Below, piece after piece: positions 11,921 to 19,630 of a stretch of 64,000 bases of DNA. Position numbers and translations under genes: made by a program. Every line of letters starts with the position of its first letter. Position 1 is the first letter of the stretch. The stretch lies in NCBI GenBank assembly GCA_964016885.1, contig OZ024741.1, positions 3,782,001-3,846,000 on the forward strand, in the 5' to 3' direction. This DNA comes from Eledone cirrhosa (taxonomy: Eukaryota). The notes below the pieces were generated by a model. It was given only the letters and a program-made list of their open reading frames with translations. It made no database searches and was not told where the DNA came from.

Positions 11921-13405
11921 ATCATACTCAAACCCCTATGTAAAAAAGTTCCAAGCTACATCAGAGATGATATGGAATTCCTTAACTATATCCCCCAAAA
12001 AGTACACCAGGATACAATCCTAGTCAGTTTTGATGTAATAAGCCTGTACACTAACATCCCACACGACCTAGGGATTGAAGCTGTGGACTTCTGGATTACA
12101 AAACACTCAAGTCACATTTCAGAAAGATTCCCCAAAGAATTCATCTTGGAAGGACTTAAATTAGTATTGGAAAACAACCAATTCCTCTTTGAAAACGAAC
12201 TTTATCTACAAATAAAAGGAACAGCCATGGGTACCAAAGTGGCCCCTACATATGCAACGCTCGTTATGGGTCACTTAGAGGCAAAATTATATTCCCAACT
12301 ACAGATAACATTCAGTCACGACTTCGCCTTCTACATTAATAAAAGCTGGAAACGTTACCTAGATGACTGCTTCATCTTCTGGAACAGAAGCCAAACAGAC
12401 CTACAAAAATTTTATTCGATCCTAAATAGGCTTCATGAAGCTATACAATTCACTATGGAATGTAACGAAAAGGAACTGCCCTTTCTAGATATCCTCATCA
12501 TTAAAGAAGGGGAAAATATCATAACGGAACTATTTTGCAAACCCACTGACACACACCAATACTTAAATTTCCGGTCAGCACACCCCTCACATACGAAAAG
12601 GAACATTCCCTTCAACATGGCAAGGCGCATCTGCACTATAGCAACACACCCCGTACTACAAGAAAAAAGATTATGTGACCTGAAAAAATTCCTTAAAAAA
12701 CAAGAATACCCGATGAAACTCATCAACGCAGCCATCTCCAAGGCTAAGAACATCCCAATAACAACACTGAGAAAACCAAACCCACAACATAAAAAAGAAA
12801 ACCCTGCTATCTCTTTTGTCATCACTCACAACCCAGGGAACATCAACATTGTGAAAACTGCTAAGCAGTATCTCCCGATTCTACAGCAATCTACCAAAAT
12901 GAATGCACTCTTAAAAAACACACAGATAATTTATAGCAGACGCCAAGCACCCAACCTTAAAAAACTAATTACCAAGGCAAAATTTACGACCAACATGAAA
13001 TCAATGCAAGTGACGAAATGCGGGGACCCTAGATGTGGAACCTGTGAACTCATCGAAGAGGGCAAACAGTTGTCCTTCAAAAACCATGATAATTTGAAGG
13101 TCAATGCAAACATGAACTGCAAAACGAAAATCCTAATATATTGCGCAACATGTCCACAGTGTAAAGAGTATTACATTGGGGAAAAGGGAACGGGATTACA
13201 TGATAGAGTCCGGGTACATAAACAACAAATTAAAGACCCCACAGTCAGAAATACCACATGTAGCGCACACATTGCATCATGCGGGAAGGGAAAATTCACA
13301 ATCTTCCCTTTCTTCAAGATATGGTCGGATAACGAACATTTCCGCAGATATAAAGAAGAATTCTTCATTGAAAAATTTAAACCACTACTGAACACGAAAA
13401 AATGA
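11921..13405 (+). CDS. 5'-truncated Neptune-type PLE polyprotein (RT + Zn-finger linker + GIY-YIG endonuclease)
   Basis: Uninterrupted frame with [76 protein letters not shown] and RVRVH. The first 11 codons of the track ORF (11888-11920) come from the inverted arm, so there is no real start codon. Confidence 0.92.
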   Translation: MILKPLCKKVPSYIRDDMEFLNYIPQKVHQDTILVSFDVISLYTNIPHDLGIEAVDFWITKHSSHISERFPKEFILEGLKLVLENNQFLFENELYLQIKGTAMGTKVAPTYATLVMGHLEAKLYSQLQITFSHDFAFYINKSWKRYLDDCFIFWNRSQTDLQKFYSILNRLHEAIQFTMECNEKELPFLDILIIKEGENIITELFCKPTDTHQYLNFRSAHPSHTKRNIPFNMARRICTIATHPVLQEKRLCDLKKFLKKQEYPMKLINAAISKAKNIPITTLRKPNPQHKKENPAISFVITHNPGNINIVKTAKQYLPILQQSTKMNALLKNTQIIYSRRQAPNLKKLITKAKFTTNMKSMQVTKCGDPRCGTCELIEEGKQLSFKNHDNLKVNANMNCKTKILIYCATCPQCKEYYIGEKGTGLHDRVRVHKQQIKDPTVRNTTCSAHIASCGKGKFTIFPFFKIWSDNEHFRRYKEEFFIEKFKPLLNTKK

Positions 13406-13499
13406 ATTAACACTCGGAGGTAAAATTCTATTTCACTACCCCCCCCCCCCCCCACCTCTTCTTATGTGTACACATGAATATCTGAGTGAACGGTGAAAC

Positions 13500-13632
13500 A
13501 CACACATATGTGTGTGTAGGGATGTATGTACGTGTGGGTATATATGTATGTGGGTGTGTGTATATGTGTGTGTGTGTGTGTGTATATATATGTATGGATG
13601 TGTGTATGTTTGTATGTGTGTGTGTGTGTATA

Positions 13633-13673
<41 letters not shown>

Positions 13674-14032
13674 ATGTGTGTATATATGTGTATATGTACA
13701 TGTATGTATGTGTATGTTTGTATATATGTGTGTGTGTGTGTATGTATGTGCATATATGTATATATGTGTGTACATATGTGTACGTTTCTGTTTGTGTATA
13801 TGTATGTATGTAGATGTATGTGTATATATATGTATATATATGTGTATGTGTATATATGTGTCTTTATGTGCTCGTGTGTACGCACATATATATATATGTA
13901 TATATGTATGTGTGTATGTATGTGTGTGTATGTGTGTATATATATGTATATATATATATGTATGTATGTACATGTATGTGTATGTATGTATGTGTGTATG
14001 TATGTACTTGTATGTGTATGTGTATGTGTATG

Positions 14033-14089
<57 letters not shown>

Positions 14090-14202
14090 ATATGTATGTG
14101 TATATATATATATATGGATATATATGTATGTGTATGTGTATGTGTATATGTGTGTATGTGTCTGTATGTGTTTATGTGTACATATGTGTATGTGTATGTA
14201 TG

Positions 14203-14253
<51 letters not shown>

Positions 14254-14276
14254 GTATATATGTATATATATGTATG

Positions 14277-14309
<33 letters not shown>

Positions 14310-14314
14310 ATATG

Positions 14315-14349
<35 letters not shown>

Positions 14350-14372
14350 GTGTATGTGTATGTGTGTGTATG

Positions 14373-14403
<31 letters not shown>

Positions 14404-14630
14404 GTATGTGTATGTGTATGTATATATATATATATATACCCATGTGGAGGTATGAGTACATATTCGTGTGTGTACGTATGTATATGTGTGTTTTTATATG
14501 TGTCTCTATATGTTTTTGTGTATGTATGTGGATGTATTTGTGCATGGGTGTGTGATTGATGGTGTGTGCCTATATATTCCTACATATGCCCGTGTGTGTA
14601 TGTACGTATATGCGCACATATGTGTGTGTT
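13500..14630. repeat. Compound (TG)/(TA)/(TATG) microsatellite
   Basis: Low complexity, seen directly in the sequence. Confidence 0.95.
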
Positions 14631-14985
14631 GAACAAAGGACTAATTTTGGGATGGACGTAGAAAAATTCTTCAGGAAAAAAAGAAGAAAAAAATAATTAT
14701 TCACAAACTTGACAGGTGCGATTTGCCTGTGACCATTCTCAGCACAAAAGCAATGCTAAAAGCTTTTTCCCCTGAATAAAGGAATTTTTCGAGAATGACC
14801 GGGGCAGGCCGCACTTGCTACATTTCTCCCCACCCAACCCTACTCACCGTCTCAACTCATTACTGCTATGAACACTTTTTCAACACACCTACACCCATGA
14901 ACTTATTAAAGGGGGAGAAAAGAAAGCCCCACCACACCACAGACATGTTAAATCCCTATATATAGAACAACACACCACATACACA

Positions 14986-15077
14986 TCAGTTTGACAAGCG
15001 CACCTCAGCGTGAAAGGTCTTTCTAAAAACGAAACAATACCTCCTACGTTAACCAAGAACTCCTAAGACCTAACCAA
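14986..15077 (+). ncRNA. Type I hammerhead-like motif, family C (U3-A8 core)
   Basis: TTGACAA at 14991-14997; stem II GCGC-ACCTCA-GCGT; GAAA at 15012-15015; stem III AGGTCTT/AAGACCT (15015-15021/15065-15071); cleavage triplet CTA. Stem I (TCAGT/ACCAA) is weak. Confidence 0.55.
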
Positions 15078-15234
15078 CAACCAACAACTTAATTTATAAA
15101 ATAATTTTTTTAAGAAAAATTCTTTTTGGATTTTGTGAAGAAAATAAATTTGTTGAAAGCACAAGTGAAGCCATTTTTTCTTCCCCCCTGTCTTAATATA
15201 TATATATATGTGTGTGTATATGTGTGTGTGTATA

Positions 15235-15310
<76 letters not shown>

Positions 15311-15324
15311 TATATATATATATA

Positions 15325-16152
15325 TTATTTTTATATTCTTTTAATTTCCCCTCATCTTTAACAGCACTTTTCAACTGCATCTTACTCTTATTTATCATAC
15401 CTATATGTATTAGTATAATGTTATCAATATAAATATACCCATCAATTAAATTAATTTATATTCTTTTCATAGATGTATTTTTTTTCATTAACATTCTTAT
15501 CGTAAAACTTTAGTCACCTTAGATATTTGTATTGGCATTACTATTTTATAACAGCAACTGCTTGTATACCTTTTACTGACCACCTGACCTATTTTCACCC
15601 CTAAAATAAGCTTCAATTACTACTATTTTACCATTTGGCCAACTATTAACTTTCTATTGGTTAATTCTAAACCTCTTACCAAACAGACAGAATATATTAG
15701 ATCTTTGTTGGTTTTATTCAATGAACAAATAAAATTATTTCTGAGGTCAGCATAAGACCTAGTTCTTCCCTAAAATAATCCTTCATTCATAATATTCTTT
15801 TCCATCCAAAACTGAAATCTACCTTCCTCTACCAATAATTTAAGGTTCTTCTACTACTATATTACTATCTTGACCCTCACTATCTCTCTATTGGTCAATT
15901 CAAAACCTGTTCCCAAACAGACCTATTGTATTGAATCTTTGTTTTTTTCAATAAACAAATATCATTATTTCTGAAGACAGCATATATATGTGTAGGTATG
16001 TATATTCCCTCTGATAGTTTGTATAAATATTGTACATGGATCTATAGAATATGCATACCAACTCTAACACATATATATCCTAGAAAGGATCGTAAAATGA
16101 TGAATTTTTTTAATATAAGGAACTGTTTCTTTGTTTATTCATTATTTTATTA

Positions 16153-16158
<6 letters not shown>
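15325..16158 (+). mobile_element. PLE family A 3' UTR/pLTR fragment
   Basis: Near-identical reverse complement of 6729-7560, ending at (TA)n. Confidence 0.85.
15962..16103 (+). ncRNA. Hammerhead ribozyme family A, stem III mismatch
   Basis: TCATTATTT-CTGAAGA (15971-15977) ... GAAA-GGATCG-TA (16083-16094)-AAATGATGA. Stem I is 9 bp with one G-U pair. Confidence 0.55.
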
Positions 16159-16216
<58 letters not shown>

Positions 16217-16290
16217 GTATGGTTGCAATAAATGCGTCCGTATAGATATATGTTAATTAATGAATATTAGTCATGCTATATCAAGTGCAA

Positions 16291-16436
16291 CACCACCAAC
16301 ACCACTACCACGACCACCAGCACCACCACCACCATCACCACCACTTCCACCACCACCACTTCCACCACCACCACCATCACTTCCACCACCACCACCACCA
16401 CCATCACTTCCACCACCACCACCACCACCACCACCA
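16291..16436. repeat. (CCA)n trinucleotide repeat with CTT/TCA interruptions
   Basis: Seen directly. It is the source of the poly-Pro and poly-His ORFs. Confidence 0.95.
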
Positions 16437-16531
16437 AGATTTAAGAAGATCCTGTGACAATCAGTTGTTCTTTTATCTAACTAATTACTTATTTACAACA
16501 CACAATACCATCCGGTGAATGTCTCATGCCA

Positions 16532-16568
<37 letters not shown>

Positions 16569-16572
16569 AAAA

Positions 16573-16678
16573 AGTATGACCCCGACGGCAGAGCTCAAGC
16601 CCTTTCGACGGCTATTTCTGGACTTAATTAGAATTTTTAGCCTGGTGAATAAATAGCCGAACTTTTCAAGGGGGTACT
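16573..16678 (-). ncRNA. Type I hammerhead ribozyme, family D (U3-A8), stem III mismatch
   Basis: Minus strand reads AGTAC-CCCC-TTGAAAA-GTTCGGCTATTT...AAATAGCCGTC-GAAA-GGGC..GCCG-TC-GGGG-TCA-TACT. Confidence 0.65.
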
Positions 16679-16944
16679 TCCTTATATGGGAAGATTGTAG
16701 TTGTCAAGAGGATTGGTTAAAATTTGTTGTAAACACAAATAAGTCTATCGTCTATCATACACTATCCTTAGAAACTGCTGTATACATATCACTTTCAACG
16801 CTTGACCGCTCCACTCACACCCCTATTGTTCTACAGGCAAGTTCAGCCACCCCTACCTCCCACCAAATGCCATGATAGACTTATTTGCGTTTACAACAAA
16901 TTTTAACCAATCCTCTTGACAACTACAATCTTCCCATATAAGGA

Positions 16945-17050
16945 AGTACCCCCTTGACAAGTTCGGCTATTTATTCACCAGGCTAAAAATTCTAATTTAG
17001 TCCAAAAATAGCCGTCGAAACGGCTTGAGCTCTGCCGTCGGAGTCATACT
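16945..17050 (+). ncRNA. Type I hammerhead ribozyme, family D (U3-A8)
   Basis: TTGACAA at 16954-16960; stem II CGGCTATTT/AAATAGCCG; GAAA at 17017-17020; stem III CGGC/GCCG; GTC cleavage triplet ending at 17039; stem I CCCC/GGAG plus AGTA/TACT around a bulge. Confidence 0.75.
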
Positions 17051-17135
17051 TTTTCCTATTACCCACTCTACTACCCTAAGTATTGAGTACTCTGGTGCGT
17101 TATGGTCCATCTGGTTCCTTACCACATTTCCTTTG

Positions 17136-17167
<32 letters not shown>

Positions 17168-18049
17168 TTATTTATTAAAATAACAGATCAAAGTTTAAGC
17201 AAAGAATCGCTGCTTTGCTCTACGGTTCTTATATATTTGATATATATTTATCCTTATCGAGCCCTCTTTGGATTTTAGTCTTCAAATTTATTATTATTAC
17301 TATATATATGTATATATATATATATTCGTGTTGACCGTTACCACTCCCTCCACCCCTATTAAACCTGTTTCCGTTTGTCACCTCCTCTCCAACCTCACCT
17401 CAACCTCTTTTACTCCCTCTCCTACCTCTCCTTGCCCTCCTTCCCCTACTCCCTCTCTCTCTCTCCACACCACCCCTACTACCCCTCTCTCTCCCCTCCA
17501 CCCCTCCTATTAATCACTGTCCTAATAAAATCCCCTCATATTTCCTCCGACACATGCGATAAATTGCCAAAGTCATTAGAACACTAGATAGAATGATATC
17601 TGTTATTTGTTCCGGGTCACTGCTGTCTGCGTTCACCAGCCACCGAGGTCAACTTTGCATTTCATCGTTTCCAGGACCAACCACCATCCCAGTACTCTGT
17701 TCATTCTTCCTCTCTCTTTCTCTCTTTCCTTATACCACTGAGCACTGCTCCCCTTTCTCGAAGAAATTTGCTGTGCTGAGATCTTGGGAGGAGAATAGGC
17801 TCTACCAGATTTTAAATATCCATGTTACGCCAATGGATACCCGCCCCCCATAATTATATTTTTCTCTCCTAACTACCAAAACACATCTATTTCTATATAT
17901 GCTACAATTTATATAAATATTATGTTTTATCCCATATCGAAGTTGTTTATATCTTTGTTGATATTTGGTAATAACAGTGTAATATATTATGTTAACCTTC
18001 ATAGTAAATTATTTTGTCATGTCATAACTCTTTTTTCACATATCAATAT

Positions 18050-18330
18050 TTGCCAATTGCTAGTATATGTATTGCCAATTGCTAGTATGTGTATTGCCAA
18101 TTGCTAGTATGTGTATTGCCAATTGCTAGTATGTGTATTGCCAATTGTTAGTATATGTATTGCCAATTGCTAGTATATGTATTGCCAATTGCTAGTATAT
18201 GTATTGCCAATTGCTAGTATGTGTATTGCCAATTGTTAGTATATGTATTGCCAATTGCTAGTATATGTATTGCCAATTGCTAGTATATGTATTGCCAATT
18301 GCTAGTATGTGTATTGCCAATTGTTAGTAT
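18050..18330. repeat. 22-bp minisatellite (TATTGCCAATTGCTAGTATATG), ~13 copies
   Basis: Period 22 (for example 18061 and 18083). It merges into (TA)n. Confidence 0.95.
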
Positions 18331-18798
18331 ATATATATATATATATATATTGAAGTAAACGAGGTATCGTTTAAGGTAATCCAAGGAGAGGTTACGAGTA
18401 ATCTGTACCGTGGAGGATTTTAACTTGCGGCGTTGTTTGACTCTCAACAACATGTTTAATAAGTTGTTGTGTTGGGGTGGCCGATTTAGGACAATTCCTA
18501 GGTAAGCAATTCCTAGGGTACTAATAATGAAGGATTGAAGAATAACACAGGTAAGCTATACAATAGGGTTTATTCCAGGTATTAACAAATGTTTCATTGG
18601 CTCGATGTGTCTAACAATCGCTACTTGCAGTGTTGCTTTGACATTCGATTTTAAACACTGTTATAACCAGCCAAATTATCAAAATATTTTAATAATTTGG
18701 TTAGTTATAACAGTGTTTAACATTGATTGAACTCAGGACTCACGAGTGATACGAACGGCGCACCGACTGTAACTGCTGTTACACACTTAACTAACACA

Positions 18799-18892
<94 letters not shown>

Positions 18893-18893
<1 letters not shown>

Positions 18894-19389
18894 TAGCCGA
18901 ATTACCCGCGCCTTGCTGCGTTTCACACATTTTTTTGTAAGAAAATGATGATTGATTTTAAATCAGTGATATAATTTATGGAGAAAAACTGCATTTCAAT
19001 ATTACTCAATATAAAATGTAATGCATGAAAAATTGGAAAACATTATTTTTTGTAAAATATCAAATCCAAATTACATTATTAAATCTTATTCTTATTTTGT
19101 TTCTTGTAAATAATTTTTTCAAAATATAAATTCAAAACTTTTGTGAACAGGCATCATATCTTGTCATTTACCTATGGTTTAAATTTCATATAAATCGAAG
19201 GGAAAAAATTAAGCGGTGGTTTGAATTCCCGAGGGAATCCTTTGATTATAATGAAATATACGTAAGAAATGGGCATGAGCCCCACACACGTGTCAAGTTT
19301 CATCGAGATCGGTTTGGTAGTTTTTGAGTTTTAGGTTCACAAACAAACACACAAACAAACAGACAGTAATTGCCATTTATGTATATAGA
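18893..19389 (-). mobile_element. Non-autonomous Helitron, 497 bp
   Basis: On the minus strand it begins TCTATATACATAAA, has a (GTTT)n-like tract and an AAACCGATCTCGATGAAACTT motif near the 5' end, and ends CGCAGCAAGGCGCGGG..GGCTAG. It sits between A and T with no TSD. Confidence 0.8.
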
Positions 19390-19394
19390 TATAG

Positions 19395-19630
19395 TGAAAT
19401 TATTGTGTACAGTGCTCAGGTGCACTACAACTCATCAAAGGTGCATGTATAGTACATAGAATAATGTACAAATGTCAGGAAAATGAACAGTGTATGAGTC
19501 ATGATATACATGTGTGCGTCTGTATGGAGGGGGATATCAGGTGTAGTGTTGCCGAATTTCAGGAAGCATGGAGGTTTTAATGGATCCAGTGTCTCGACAG
19601 CTAACAACTGATGCAGGTAGTTTGTTCCAT
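19395..19630 (-). mobile_element. 3' end of a CR1/L2-group LINE (ORF2 C-terminus + 3' UTR)
   Basis: Minus strand reads WNKLPASVVSCRDTGSIKTSMLPEIRQHYT* with the stop at 19537-19539. A ~140-bp UTR follows, with a terminal stem-loop AGTGC-ACCTGA-GCACT. WNxLPxxVV..SFK is the usual C-terminus of CR1/L2-type ORF2. Confidence 0.75.

Larger units (their letters stand above)
11921..15200 (+). mobile_element. Neptune-type PLE, forward arm (ORF + microsatellite-containing 3' UTR + pLTR)
   Basis: The ORF above, then ~1.1 kb of microsatellite and ~570 bp of unique sequence containing an HHR-like motif, ending at (TA)n. Confidence 0.85.
16565..17137. mobile_element. Non-coding pLTR/retrozyme-like insert with 5' inversion, family D
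   Basis: 16565-16749 is the reverse complement of 16874-17059 with a few mismatches. Each arm has an HHR, and (TA)n flanks both sides. Confidence 0.7.

Noticed and set aside
10040-14559. Long Y/I/V/C/M/H/T-rich ORFs, up to 357 aa
   Set aside because: They are translations of alternating dinucleotide microsatellite, which lacks stop codons by composition.
15128-15173. GTGAAGA...GAAA motif as another hammerhead
   Set aside because: Position 3 cannot pair with position 8, there is no NUH triplet with a stem III, and stem II is weak.
16260-16518. Poly-Pro and poly-His ORFs
   Set aside because: They are a (CCA)n repeat with no other coding signal.
17640-17667. SINE-like snippet (CGAGGTCAACTTTGCATTTCATC)
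   Set aside because: It resembles ~6255-6278 but is too short to delimit as an element.
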